A stretch of 64,000 bases of DNA, from NCBI GenBank assembly GCA_951406725.2, contig OX597830.1:39184001-39248000 (forward strand), in the 5' to 3' direction. This DNA comes from Octopus vulgaris (Eukaryota). Both the position numbers and the translations under genes were made by a program. Shown here piece by piece: positions 27,291 to 41,364 of the stretch. The notes under the pieces are model-generated. The model was not told the DNA's origin and ran no database searches. It saw only the letters and a program-made list of their open reading frames with translations. Position 1 is the stretch's first letter. The number at the start of each line of letters is the position of its first letter.

Positions 27291-28000
27291 TGATGTTGTT
27301 AGATTGGTTCGTCCCGTTACAATGGTTTAGAAAGAGACGAGTGTCCCATTGGCCATGCTACCATATAAGAATTTGGAGATGACAGGAGAGATCTTATATA
27401 TTTCAAGGGCCTTGAGTATCCAATTATGTGGGACGCTATCAAACGCTTTCCTGTAGTCTGTACTTTTTGAGCTTGTGGAAGGATAGATCTCTATTTAAGC
27501 AAAGCGTATATTCTGTAAGTTAAAATGGATGTGAGGATCTTGTAGGTGGAGTTGAGACATGTTATTGGTCGGTAGTTTAAAAAATTTTTTTGTCTTCAGT
27601 TTTTTGCAGAAGGTATGTTGTTGTTCCTTCAATCAGCCAGGCAGGTATTTACTCTGGGTTCTGGGTGACATCAGTCAGAGATGCAGCTAAATTTTGGTGT
27701 ACTTTTTTTTAGCAGACAACTCACCCAGAAGTTAGGAATACGGTCTAGTCCTGGGATTTTCCACTTGTGAGACTTCTTAAGAACACATCATAGCTCTTCT
27801 ATTCTTCTTGCCTCCTATTTCTGCTCTTCAACTTCATCCAGTCTCACTTTCTCACGCTCTATCCAGTTAGCTTTAGCATAATATTCTTTTTATTGCTCCA
27901 TACCTTCTTCCAGAACTTTTCCATTTCCTCAGTCTCAGGTGGTGGCTCTACTTCTATTTTACTTTTGCCAATTGCCCTATACAATTTGTGTGCATCCGTC
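27290..28000 (-). mobile_element. R4/Dong-like RT N-terminal relic with deletions
   Basis: Minus strand EKFWKKVW, PGLDRIPNFW, YRPITCLNSTYKILTSI, DYRKAFDSVPH; bounded by (TAA)n at 28001-28083. Confidence 0.85.
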
Positions 28001-28028
28001 TTATTATTATTGTTATTATTATTATTAC

Positions 28029-28082
<54 letters not shown>

Positions 28083-28083
<1 letters not shown>

Positions 28084-28532
28084 GAGTGAGAGAGCAGTGT
28101 ATGCCCTCAAAGTGACACTGGGGTAAAATACACGAAGCCCAGTATACCCATCATCACTTCACGTCTCATAAGAGTACACCCGGCACATTCATCACAACCT
28201 TATGTGCTCGACATGGTGATCTTATATCAAGATAAACAGTGCATGACTTTGCAGGTGGGACCCAGTTAGAATTTTGTCAGGTCGAGTAGCCCATCCCGGA
28301 TCAAAAGGTCCCTGAATAAGGGTTATTTAAGGATGTGGAATGCAACATCCATGTTTCCAGCGGTGAATTACTCAAATGCCAAAGAATTCCTATCAATACA
28401 TGATATGATGCCCTCCCACTACTTCTGCTCGTGATCAGAGATGAACATACCCTCGGCCACTAAAAGCTATGCTCAACTGGTTACGGTCAAACAAATAACA
28501 AGCAAATCTATGGTATTGAGCATGATATTTGC
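28083..28532. mobile_element. Unclassified interspersed repeat
   Basis: TATCAAGATAAACAG..GACTTT.CAGGT.GG..C..GTTAGAAT recurs inverted at 53040-53100. Confidence 0.6.
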
Positions 28533-28729
28533 TCAAAATATATTGAGCATATTATTTACTGTAACATTCGAACCCAATGTTATAAATCGACGGATTCAGT
28601 TAAATACATGATGCCAAATGGCTAGAGATCTAGATTACCTGAATATCCTAAATATAAAATGTGAGTTTACTCAATAGAATAACTAAAACACTTATTCTAT
28701 TTAGAAGACGTATCCGTTGAATCGCCAGA

Positions 28730-29090
28730 AAATATACTTTGAAGTATTTCTTACTGCATTTCATATTCTGAGATTGACTTTGCATTTCTACCTTCCTGGA
28801 GTCGAGATAATATATACCTGTCAAGAACTAGAACCAGTGGCATCGACTGACCCCTCTCAAAAACTGCTGACCAAGTACTTAAATTAAAAATCAATATTAT
28901 AATTAAAGGTGGCGATCTGGCAGGATCGTTGGTACACTAGACAAAATACTTAGCGACATTTCGTCCGTCTTTACGACCTGACTTCAAATTACACAGAAGT
29001 CGACATTGCCTTTCATTCTTTAGGGGTCGATGAAATAAATAGCAGTTACGCACTGGGGTTGAAGTAATCATCTGGCCTTGTAACTATAGC
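28730..29090 (+). mobile_element. SINE family 1, two degenerate copies
   Basis: GGTGGCGATCTGGCAGGATCGTT head and GCCTTTCATTCTTTAGGGGTCGAT core. Confidence 0.75.
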
Positions 29091-29339
29091 AGAAGGGATT
29101 GTTTCGGGTGACGAGCTCCGTTTGAGCATCTGAATATAATGCCTTGCATTAATTGTTTTGTTTCTTTACATTATGTATTTAAAGCCAACTGAAGCAAATG
29201 TAAGCATTCGTTCTTTCTATGCCGACAGATTGAAATACCAGTGAAGGCCTGAAGTCAGTGGTATCGGCTAACACCTTCTTCGCCAAAATTGTTGGCTTGC
29301 ACCAGAATTCGAGCCCATTATCATTAATAATGTTGTATC

Positions 29340-29970
29340 GTTGATAACTGGCTATTTTACTTGAAACTAGACATCTTCAGACAAGAATCTAACAGTATGG
29401 CAGATCATGAAGATATTGCAATTGAGATGATTATCTGATTAGCTTACATTCTCAAGTAAGAGATAGTGAATATAGTGGTTAATTTGCATAAAACACTTGA
29501 TCGTTCCAAATATCGGACTGAATACTACTTATTTTGTTAGACTATCTTCATTTCTCAACTGATGCATTTACAGGAGTCATGAGTAGAAATTATTCTTGCA
29601 AGTACTGGATGATTGAAGTTAGCTTATTCAGTTTGCAATGTCATTTTCAAACCTGCCCATGGTTATAGCTTGTATAAGAATAGGCTCCGTTAGACTGGAA
29701 ACGTGATTAAGATGCTCTCTTGTGATAGATTGGCCTCATACAAAACTTATTGACAACACGTCATACAGGATGCCAGAAAATGGTCTCAGCAATCCTTTGA
29801 TTGGCAAATTATTTCAAGTTTTACCCTTGTGTTTCCACACATGTATCCCGTGTCGTTTATTTGAAACATCTAATCTGCATATGGCTATAAAAAGAGATTT
29901 ATCTGTTTGCGTACAGCAATGGGAAACGCAATGTCTGAAGAAAGAACAGCGAAGTTTGCTTTATAGCTGA
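29340..29970 (+). mobile_element. Old RTE-like LINE relic
   Basis: EIILASTG and NRLR*TGNVIKM..DRL resemble RLRWAGHVIRM..RLP. Confidence 0.5.
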
Positions 29971-30229
29971 AAAGAAATTGGCAAAACCATTTATTGAGAA
30001 TAGTTATGATGTTTAAAGAAAATGAAAAATTACTTAAGGAAAAATGTTAATAATTCCTTTGGGTTTTCGGTAGAACTACATTTTGACAGGGACAAATGAT
30101 AATACTGTCAACAAGAACAGTGTAAACAAGAGAGCGTTGTATGAATGCGGCTTTATTTTCTTCAAACCCACTCGAGCGAACATGTATAAAACAGGATTGA
30201 TTAGCTGTCACTAGACGTTGAGTACACTG

Positions 30230-32190
30230 GTTTTATTTTTGTATCTGCCCTTTTCAATTTTTTGCTTGTTTCTTACGCTAACAGTAATGCGTGATTTCTT
30301 TTAATAAGATTCAGAGTGAAGTCGAGGTATAATGAGATGAATGCTATGTAAATGCAGCCTACAATGCGATTTCGATTCCCGGTTTTTGCAGCTTCAATAC
30401 TTTGCGTTGTTAATTTAACTTAAAACAAAAGGTGCCATAAAATTAGCATGTGCTACTTTCCACTTTCACCCTAAATTTTGAATTATTAATGTCAGGCAGT
30501 TTTCAGACTTCAATTTAAATCGATGATAATAGAATTTAAAGCATAGCAGTAAGGATTTTACTTGCGCGATCTGTCTTAAGATATAGTTTTCTATTCATTT
30601 CTCGACAAAGAAATCGAGATAGTGAAAGTTTTCAGATCATGATCGAAAGTAACAGAAATGAATACTGGAAATGTTATAGCCCCTCCCTAACCTAACATTT
30701 TTTCTTTCTTTCTTTCTCTACGGATTCTACAAATTTATTAATCTTTCAGTATTGTATACTCATCTCTATGTCTATTGTTGACAATCATTAAAGCATCGTA
30801 TACAAGGTCTTATAGTACTCGAAACAGCTCTGCGTTTTAAGTTGAAATACCGTTGAGGCAAGCGTTGCCTTTCATCTTTTCGGGGTCGATATAAAAAAAG
30901 GCTCAGTCAAAATCTTCTTCTTCTTCTTCTTCTTCTCTCTTTCTCTTTTTCTCTCTCTCTCTCGTTTATGTCTGTAATTGAAATGTCAATCTTGTCACCT
31001 TGTTTCCCGAAGACTTTGGCCTGCGAATTGCACAAATGGCATACGTGTCTGCAGAACACATAGCCACTTAGCCGATAATTTCAAGATCGGGAAATCAGAT
31101 GAACGGAAAACTCGAATCTTCATCGTCGAAACCGACGGAGAATACTCAACCATCAATATATATTTTTCAATTAGCGTCAGTAGAAACGACATATTGTAAT
31201 AAATATTTTGCAATAAGTACTTCAGGACAAGGATATTCTGAGTAAAACAGAGTGTAAATTTTCTCCAATCTGAATATCTATCCATCTATATACGTGTGTG
31301 TGTGTGTGTGCCAAATTTCACTGACATGTAATTCATTAAATCAACACTGTGGTAGAAAATCATTGTCCTATGTGGCGAACAGTTAAATCGATCCCGAAAC
31401 AACATGGCCACGGAACGAATCTTTTAACCATACATTTCTCTCTCTGCTGTTACATTTATTTTAATCGAATTAATTGATAATGCACATTTCAGGGTTTTTT
31501 TCTTTAATGCGTTAGTTCCTAATTTAATAAAATCATAGAAAAAATATCTTAAAATTTATGCCTTTAAGTGCTTTAGCGATGACGGTCAGTGAAATCACTA
31601 ATACTAGCTAGTTAATTTAGACGTGTTCTACAGCTCATATTTCCAGTTCATACATTTATTTCAATCTAATTTTTTTTCGACCACTCCAGCTGTTGGTACA
31701 AATTGCTTCGATGCAGATATTGCCATTTCAATATTATTAGCTTATATTGACTCAAAACTCCGAATTGATATGAGAGAAAAAAGTGAGATTGTGTATCGTT
31801 CAGTTTTTCTTTCTTTTTTTTTTTTCTTTTACTTAATATCATTAACAACATGTGGTAATATAACCCTAAACCGGCCTGAGCCCGTGAAACTTTCGTCTTT
31901 TATACATTTTCTTACTTTGTTTTTAATGCATAATGGTATAGATTTTCATAACATTGTTTCCCAGTGTTAAAGATTTTCATTACATCTTCAGTTTCATTCC
32001 AGAGTTAACGTTGTCTAAAATACAAAACCCGAATGCCGTGACAAGCAAAGTAATATTATACATGATTACGATCAGACTGCAAACCAACAAGCTGATGCAG
32101 CTCCCAGAGAGGTTATCGTTACTCTGCGCAATTTACTTCACCATTCACTTGATGTTTAATTTCGTACATAGTGGCACAATATAAAATATG
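30230..32190 (+). pseudogene. Decayed Cys-loop receptor-like gene, interrupted at ~30700-31400
   Basis: Signal-like FIFVSALFNFLLVSYANS; YNA/FRFPVFAAS; IDDNRI*; NTGNVIAPP; FSDDGQ*; ORF 31623-31970 ISILLAY..REKSEIVYRSVFLSFFFFFYLIS..SSFIHFLTLFL; M4-like ERLSLLCAIYFTIHLMFNF. Confidence 0.45.
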
Positions 32191-32459
32191 CGAACAGCAA
32201 AAAGTCTTAGGTTATGGTTTACATGAGAACTATAATCAACGATCTTACTCGACTGAGTATCGAACATAGTAAGCAGGAGAATCGCTGGTTCGTACCAGGT
32301 CACCGTGTCTGTACTGCTCATTTAGCTCTTAATATAGCTCAACGAACCATTAACTGATACCATATTGTAGAATAAATGGCAGATTATATTTTGATTAATT
32401 AGAAAAAAAACTCTTAATTTTGTTGCAGTTAAAACGTTGCTATTAAGCTACTATGCATG

Positions 32460-32745
32460 TGAAGCCGTATGGCACAGTGGTTAGCGCGTCGTGCTCACAA
32501 TCATGAGCTAGTATGTTCGACTCCTTGGCCGAGCTGTTAGTTGTGCTCTTGAGCAAGGCAGTTTATTTTAGTCGCCCCAGTTCACTTGGATAACATGGGA
32601 CACACGTGGATAGGGGAGTCTGGTATGCATGGGAAACTGCTAGCCTTCTATAAAATACCTTGCCCAGACTTGTGCCTTGAAGGGGAACTTTCTAGATACA
32701 ATCCCATGGTCATCCATAACCGAAGGAGTCTTTACCCTTTACTCT
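32460..32745 (+). mobile_element. SINE family 3
   Basis: TGGCACAGTGGTTAGCG A box, GTTCGACTCC B box, CTTGAGCAAGGCA core, TTTACCCTTTAC tail. Confidence 0.75.
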
Positions 32746-33383
32746 GCTAAACCTATACATTATCAATTACATTGGTTTAAGTTCAGTAATAAATAGGCAC
32801 AAGGTTTGAAATTTTGTGAGTTGGGGCCAGTCGATTACTTATTTTACTGAACCCCGAAAGAATGAAAGTCAAAGTCGACTTCGATGTAATTTGAAATCAG
32901 AACGTAAAGACGGACGAAACGCCGGTAATCTTTTTGTCCGACTTGCTTACCATTCTGGCAGCGCACTGCGTTCTTTACGTTTAGTAATAATACACCATCT
33001 AACATTCATGAACTGTGCCTTGCTTTGAAAATTGTAGCGGCTGGGAATTAAAAGTGGTTTTAGATTATCAAAAAGGCCTTGAATATTATAGGATTTTCAA
33101 AGAAAAATCTAATATATTCAAATATAATCAAACCTGTTGCCTGATCGAAGAGACGTTTCCGACAAACCATTGCCATTAGAGACAACATCTGAAAAGGTAA
33201 TGTGCCGACTTGACTCCAAGTGGTATAATGAGATGTAAATAGCAAAGAAGCAGAGAGCAATATTGAACAGGAACCAACGAAGAGAACAGGGAAGTCTCAT
33301 AATGCATATGGGAGTGCCAAAAATACGAGAAACTCATAGTACAACAACTGGGATAAAGAATGGAAGGCGCAGAAAGGAAATGA

Positions 33384-34720
33384 AATTTTGGAAAGGGGAC
33401 CTACTACATGTTTTACACTCTCCTTTTAAAGTTTCCAAACTCTATCCACCTCCGTGTTCAACCCTGCCACTATACAGCTCCACAACAGTCCCTTTCGCCT
33501 ATCCGTACCCACAAATACCTCAGTTATTTTCGGAGCTTCAACTCATATTCTTCAAAATTATATAAATCTCCGCGGTCTTTTAGTGTGTAGTTCCTTTCGA
33601 TCTCCCTATACACCATCTGTATGGCACTTGCACATGTTCCCGAAATAGCTGCACTAATTTTTACTCTCATTTCTCATACAAATACTCTTGCAGGCACCAG
33701 GTCCAGAGTCAGTGCCGTCCTCCACATTCCACCCATTTTAATTTTATATACTTTATTGCTATCAAAGCGCTGCAGTGTACGTCACCATTTCGGAGAGGGC
33801 TCGCGATCATTTAATGAAGATTCATAACAATTCTCAGAAAGTCCTCAAAACAATAACCTATCAATCTTTCTGGCCTTCTGCATATGACCACTTTCGGTCT
33901 TTGGCACCGGGAAATCCGAAAACCCAAAAAGAAATGCCTTAAGTTCAATTGGGATATTTTTCCCTCATAGGGCTTTAATACACACTGACCCTACATTGTA
34001 CTTTTATTCTTTTTTCACCGTAAAAGACTGTTCCTGCGTGTATAAGACGTGTGTTCGTTTGCACTGTGTTTTTATAAACCTTTCGTTTATGTAAGTACAT
34101 GTTTTGTTTCGTCGGACGGTTTGTGTTAAATTATTACGCACACAATTGTTCATAACCATAAGTGTCAAATGTGCAATGCTTGTTGTTAGTTGTCTGTTGA
34201 CTGTCTTGTCTTTATTATTGTAAATCTCGAACTTTCCGCATTGACTTCATTGTAGGCGTTTCGGGAAAATAACTGGTCCATTACATTCCCGGGTCAAATG
34301 CCTCCCAGATCAGCTTTGCCTTGTGTCATGTCATTCCTGGATACATAAAATAATTACAGATCCCGTAATGGCGTCAATAGTATCAACTATTTCTCTACTT
34401 CTCAAAATAATACGCCTTTTGACTAAATTACAAACCATTATATCAATCATCTTCTTTCTCTTCAACTCGCATCAAATCCTACCTTACATTCTTTCTGTAC
34501 TCATCTAGATATTTTTGTCTTTATTATTCCAACCACATTTTACACATGAAGAATAATGAGTTGAAGCTCCGAAAATAACTGAGGTATTTGTGGGTACGGA
34601 TAGGCGAAAGGGAATGTTGTGGAGCTGTATAGTGGTAGGGTTGAACACGGAGGTGCATAGAGTTCGGAAACTTTAAAAGGAGAATGTAAAACACGTAGTA
34701 CGGTCCCTTTTCTAAAATTC
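33384..34720. repeat. ~165-bp inverted duplication (33384-33547 and 34556-34719)
   Basis: Both arms translate to LHSPFKVS.LY.PPCSTLPLYSSTT.PFAYPYPQIPQLFSELQL on opposite strands. Confidence 0.92.
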
Positions 34721-35350
34721 CAACCAGAGTTTACACATGTGTAAACCACATTTTACACATTGTAGATATTTCAAATGACTTCTAGCACTTTCCATTTCCC
34801 TATTCATTTTCCCCACATTCTTTGTGCAACTTCATTATTGAAAATATGTGTTCTTTTTGTCCACCGCGTCCTTGGTCTATATCCTTCTAGGTCCTTCCTC
34901 TTCTATCCGTATTTTCTCTGGCCTGGGGTCTTACTACCTCCTTGTCATTTCAACTTACATAGATCTCGTTACAGACAGTGACCACTGTCCCCCTTAAACT
35001 TTACACCCTCCCACATCGGACAACCACTCCACGACTTACATCATAGCTCACTGGATTCTTGCCGTCTTTGACACAACTCCTCGACATCACACTTTCATTT
35101 CTTATAAATATAATCATCACTTTAAAGAATAAATGCCCAAAATTTCGGTGCATTCCTAACATATTTCACCTTTCTTATATTTTGAACAACTGAGATTCTG
35201 CTTTCCTTTTTGAAGTGAAAACATTTTTATCAATATTTTGATCAAGAATCATATTATGTTAAGGGGCACGTAGGAACGGCATCTCTTTTTATATTTTTAT
35301 ATAGATACATTCCATTTACATTTGAAATATAGCATATTGATTAAATTTAA

Positions 35351-35565
35351 AGCGGCGAGTTCTCAGAATTGTTAGCGCATCGGACAAACATTTATCGGCT
35401 ATTTCGTTCGGCTTTTAAGTTTTGAGTTCAAATTCCGCCCAAGTTGACTTTGCTTTTCGTTCTTTCGACATCGATAAAATTATATGTCCGTTGATATCTG
35501 GGGTCATTGTAATCGACTGGCTCCCACCCAACAATCTTCAGACTTGGTACATATAGCAGAAAATT
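35351..35565 (+). mobile_element. SINE family 1 (degenerate)
   Basis: GCGGCGAG head, GAGTTCAAATTCCGCC. Confidence 0.8.
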
Positions 35566-36792
35566 TCTTTGTTTCAATTTGTAAGCAACATTTTTTTCAA
35601 ATTTAAAACAATGTTCTTCAGTTTGTTAAAGGCGCAAATGTAACCACAAATTGAAATAACAATTTTATACGCGTCTTCGAAAGCTTCTGACCCTGATCGT
35701 TTTTCAATATTAACAAATTAATATAAAATGAATCAAATTATTTTCAAATCGACTTTTTCTCATTTTTGCACATTCTGCATAATTCATAAAAATATTGGGA
35801 GACCATATTTTTTAATAAAAGAGCTATAATAAATGGCGTTACTTTTAAATATTCCACGCCTAAACGAATACGTGATTAAATTTGCCACCAAAGCAATAAG
35901 ACTTACTTCACTTTTATATAGTCACTTCCTAGTTTTCACTCGACTCCTCATCCATGCTTTACTTTCTTCGAACCTCTTTCTCTTTCAACCCCTTCTCTGA
36001 AGACGGACAAGAAACCGAAGCCTTGTATTTTTCACTCCTTTTATCAAACCAGCTCAGTTTTTCTACAAACTTTCTATGGACTCATTTCACCAAGTAAAAC
36101 TGACCAAATTTTTCTTTGATTTTGTGTTTTATAGTTTAGAATATTAGCTTTCAGTGAATTTTGTGACATTCATTTTCTTCTCAAAAGCATCAATCATGCA
36201 CATAACTTATCTTGTCCAGTGAACTTGACGTTGTTGCAAACGGTAAAATGTGGTTTGAGAAATTTAGACCCAATTCCCCGTGACCGTAACTGTAAAAATC
36301 CCAACTCAGTAATCATTCTGTCAAATACTATCAATTTTCCATTCAAGTACTGCTTTGATCGTTCATTAAAAATTTCTATTTGTCACTATTTGTCACTATC
36401 ATTCATTGAAATGCGCGTACATTTATCCCGTCACCTATTTATATCAGAAATCATTTCTTCATATAGTTATCACGTGAATCAAACGAGCATTTCTACTGAA
36501 ATTCAAAATGCCTTTTCATTGCGTTCGTTAATGATTTTATTGGGAAAACCTTGCGTATAATTACGATTGTGGAGTCGAATGGAATAGGGAAATTAAACTT
36601 ACAGCTGATTGGATACGAAATTTTCTTAATTTCGACAGGGAACAGATTGTTTTGTGTATATTACAAGTTTCGAGAAGTAAAAGTTTTGAGAAACTTCTAA
36701 CGATCTTATATCCATGTGGCTCGATAGCATTAAATCTGAACCATCTCATTTTTTTTTTTTTTTTTGTCATTCTGAACTTCGATGCTTAGTTC

Positions 36793-36849
36793 AATGCAGT
36801 CCCTGGTATGCAGTCCCTGGTATGCAGTCCCTGGTATGCAGTCTCTGGG
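36793..36849. repeat. 14-bp minisatellite (ATGCAGTCCCTGGT) x4
   Basis: Direct reading. Confidence 0.9.
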
Positions 36850-38714
36850 TTCATACCATGCTACACGAAATGTCACATAATGGAATAAGATTCTAGGACG
36901 TTCATGAAATTATGAACAACTGAAGTAAATTTTCAAAAATAGCAATTCAAATTCATTTATTTGTAATTATGATTTATATATTCCTACATGCCAAGAGTAA
37001 ATTTGATTGAATGGAATCCAGTGAATTACCTAGAGCTTATTTTATGGACTCTAGGCATGAGGTTAAGAAGTTCTGTTCCGAGTCATGTGTTTTATGATTC
37101 GCTCTAACTGTGCCGCCCGTGTGGGCAGTAGTGTTAACAGTAGAATGAGTGTACTAAACCTTGCGAGCAAAATTTAGTAGATGAAAACTGTAAGAAAACC
37201 TGTCAGAAATGGAGTAATTATTCTGATTCTTCATTGTATGTCATTGTGCGTGGTGTAGTTTAACTCAGTTATCTATTCCGGTCACCGTTCTTAAGATTAG
37301 TTATCCCTTTACTCTTAAAAGCCTTACAGAACTTGAACAGGTTTCAGGTCACTATCTTTTCTTCTTTGACTAAACAATTAAAAACAGAAAATTGTATACA
37401 CCCGTTGGATGGGAACACGAAACATACAGGTTGTTACCCATTTTACTTCCAACTTCTCACAAACATATATATAACAATAGATATTCCATTAATTCTAGCA
37501 GCTAGCCGAACTCTCGCTTTGTATGTTTTTATATCTTTCAATGTCTCTCTCTATCTGTATCGCTATCTCTCTGACTCATTCGGTCATAATAAAGCCATTT
37601 GGCAATACTTCATTTTCTTCTTTTCACTACTTCACATTATCTAACACATCGTCTATTCGTATAAATCGAATAGCTGTAAGAAAACTAAAATGGACATTAG
37701 CACATTAACATGGGCTGACCACACTTCCCTTTCAGTACAGGAATTAAAAACAACCATACGAATTTTCGTTCACGTACTGCATTGACACGCAGACCAACAG
37801 TGCTTACTATTGGCTTATTGCATAAAGTAAATGAAATAATAGAAATCTACTTTATATGATGCTATCATTCCTAAAGTTTTTTATTTGAATTTCCTCCCAT
37901 GTAACCTGAAGCAGACACTGTTACACAATATAAGCGAAATAGTATCTTCATAATACATCACAATGTACGTGGACGAATCAAACCATCAATTGAGATTACG
38001 TTCCCATTTTGATTTCTTACATAATAGCAATGTGTAAACGATTTTAGTGGTGGGAAGCGATATGCCATAGTGTAAATATTAGTTGTTAATAGTTCTCACT
38101 CATAACAAAATATCGGACAACCAATAAGAAAATTAATGATTTGTACCACGTCACCTTAAACATATTGGATTATTGGTGTGCCAAGGAAAAACACGATAAT
38201 TTGTAAATTGATTAAAGAAACAAAGGCATCTGTATCATTTTTAACGTTCCAAGTTCTTCTCCAGACATGGAAAGGACTTGGATTCAGTATTCCAGTCCAG
38301 CAAAACATTCAGTAACCAATCAGATGTTATATTCAACAACTAGTAACAGACAACTCTGCCTGCCAGATAGGTGTACACTGAATATCTGGATGCTGACTTC
38401 TTCTCGGTGTCACGAACAAGTTATAAACTGCGATTGGTTGTTCGATACCCCATCGAATCTAACAACTACGATTTCACATAAACCTTGGGTTGAGTAATAA
38501 TTTGAAAACGTCAACAATGTTTCACTTTTCTATCATGACACAAAGGTTGGATACATTTGAGAAGTCCTCCTGACGTTGCTACAGGCTTATATGAAAATTC
38601 AATCTCAATATCATAAGTTGTGCACCTTTAAGTTAAATTTCATTTAATATTCATCGGTTTTCACTTCTAACTTCACATAGGCGCACTGTGAAAACGCCAT
38701 ACACTGCGGTATTT

Positions 38715-39398
38715 GTTTTGAGTAAATATTTCTTATAGACACAGTGACAAAATTAAATACAAACAGGCAACTAGAAATGTGTTCGGTTTACTTTGTCAAG
38801 TACAGCGACAAATTCGGACATAGCTTTATAGTATTTGGGCAATAAATCTTTAATGCTTCGAGGAATCTAGGTTGCTTTCTGATTCATTACACATTTTGCT
38901 ATAGTCATTTTGAAGATTATGTTGCTCTGGATATGACGTCAGTTCAATAATACTGATATCGGTTCACTCTGATGTTGAAAGTTTTCTTAGATACATAAAA
39001 GATAATTGCATAACAAATAGAAAACATTGAACAATAAAAGATGAATATGATACAAAGATGATACATTTACCAATATTGTGATAAACAGCAGATATTAATC
39101 GAGAAGGGAGCACTCATAATAACAATGAATCAGAGTGCTGACACGGGGAAACATATGTGTGAGTATTTGTGGCTATATATATATATGTGTGTGTGAGTTT
39201 TACTGTCACATATATATATAGATATAATCACATAGGCACACATATGCTCAGCAATGTATAAGCATATATATATATGTGTGTGTGTGTGTATTTTTATATG
39301 TATATATGTATATGTACCTGTATATATTGTATAAATGTATATATAAAGACTGCTTATTTGTACCACATATATATCAATTTACAGATATATAAATATAT

Positions 39399-39432
<34 letters not shown>

Positions 39433-39800
39433 CTACATTTACACAAGCGCGCATACACACAAGCATATGTGCAGATCTATCGATTTGATACATTATTTTG
39501 AGAAGATTGGAAAACTAATATCATACGCTCATACATCGCTTTCGATTTTCTGACTCAGTGACTCTTTACGTTTGTAATACTGTCTTCACGGTAATATTAT
39601 TAACCTTTAGGGTCCAATAAACTCGACCAGAACAATTCACATGCTGACGATATTACTTCTCTGCTTCATTGAAAACCTCAATGAATTTCTTCCCTTTTAA
39701 GTTATTAATGTTTTCGTTTCCTTCTTAAACTTTACTTTGAATGCTTATAAGAGAATACTGAAATATTTCACTATATTATTTCCTCATTGTGTGTATTGCG
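38715..39800 (-). pseudogene. Decayed nAChR-like gene pieces
   Basis: IEVFNEAEK*YRQHVNCSGRVYW in one frame (39610-39685); DISFP; after microsatellites FPRVS..SLLD*YLLFITILVNVS (compare nAChR M3 PLIGKYLLFTMILVTLS); AVLDKVNR/FLVACLYLILS (M4). Confidence 0.55.
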
Positions 39801-39983
39801 GCCAATGCAAATGAATTCGAATTTGATTGGAGTTTTCCTTGGCTTTGTTTTTCTTGTTTTTTCCTTTCTTTTTATTTATATTTTTTGCAGTTGCATTGAC
39901 GTTTACATTACCCTTCCTTTACTTCTATTATCCTTTTTTTTTATGAATTATCTTCCTTTATTGATTATGATACTCATCTTTAG

Positions 39984-40046
<63 letters not shown>

Positions 40047-40636
40047 GTTAATAGTTCCTTCAGTTCTAGCTAAAAGTGATTTACTTTCGGCTCTGTATTC
40101 TTTTGAATTCCAAGCGTGGCTTAAATGTGGATAGGATTTCTAATCTAATTAGAGTGTCATTGCAAACAGTTATTTCTTCTTTCATTTATTTTTTGGTTTG
40201 TTTGTTTTTTGTTTTTGTATTTTGTTTTTGTTCCTTCGGGACATAAAGACATTCAATTATATGCTTTTGCTTCAAATGGTTTTTCCTATTTTCTGTCTTA
40301 CTTTAACAACATGGCGACATGGCGACAAGATAAAAGTAATGATCATATCCTAATAAACAAAAACATTTACACAGACAATTTTAAATAGATTCTATATCAA
40401 TATACAAACTTTTTTAATGAAAATGATGATTTATTTGATGTTTCTCAGAGAGATAGGGACCTTTATTTGAAGATTCGCAAAACGATAGGAACAACGGCCA
40501 TCCTAGCATCATGGGCATTTTACACAGGCACGTTCCCAGAATGCCGTGTCGAACAGGAAAATTTTGGAGTTAGCCAGGTTCAGATGGGAAAAAAACTTCT
40601 GCAAAAAGTATTAGGAGAAACACACACACACACACA

Positions 40637-40696
<60 letters not shown>

Positions 40697-40739
40697 CGCT
40701 CTCTTTGTCCCAAGATTTTCTGTATGCGCGTAAAAGATG

Positions 40740-41340
40740 AAGTACACATACGTCTCATGTAAATGGGGACGAGAACTTTTGTGCCCCATCTAAAAGATGA
40801 ATTGAAACAAGTGCTAACAAATGTATGGAACATTATTTCGTCTTTTGAACATGTTGGAATGTAAAGTACAGAAATTGTTGACATGTACAGTAATGCTGAA
40901 ATATATAGTATAGTAAAGGACAGAAGACAATGCCACGACACAGGGAGAAATATAAGCTTCACAACAACAGTATAAGGGTTGAAGCAGGACAAGAGCGGGT
41001 GTGAGGGAGATTAGCACTGATATTAACTCCGAGTATGTTGTCGCTGATGTGGTGTTATATATCTTGTGGAAAACGGGAGTAAGGAGGAACGATATGTGAT
41101 CGGTAGGAGTCAGTATATTAGAGATGCCATTCAGTTCTTCTCTACTAATGCTTGTTTCTGCACCAAAAGATCATTTATTTTTTCATCGTTGTTATCAAAC
41201 CAGTTTCCTTCATTCTTCCACAGTTGACTAATTCAAAAGTAGCATCACAGTGTTGATATTTAGTCTAATCTAATATTCATTGAATCTAGTGGTTAGAGGC
41301 TGTTGATTTTTTTCCCACAAATATGTATCTAATAGGCTCT
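40740..41340 (-). pseudogene. Decayed nAChR-like fragment (Cys-loop end to M2)
   Basis: YQHCDATF, TEWHL, TYSELISVLISL..QPLY..ISPCVV, VLYIPTCSKDEI in the expected order. Confidence 0.5.
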
Positions 41341-41364
41341 TTAAGTTTAGATACAGTTATCCGT

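Noticed and set aside
36793-36849. Short regular repeats, CRISPR-like at first sight
   Set aside because: No spacers, eukaryotic context; a plain minisatellite.
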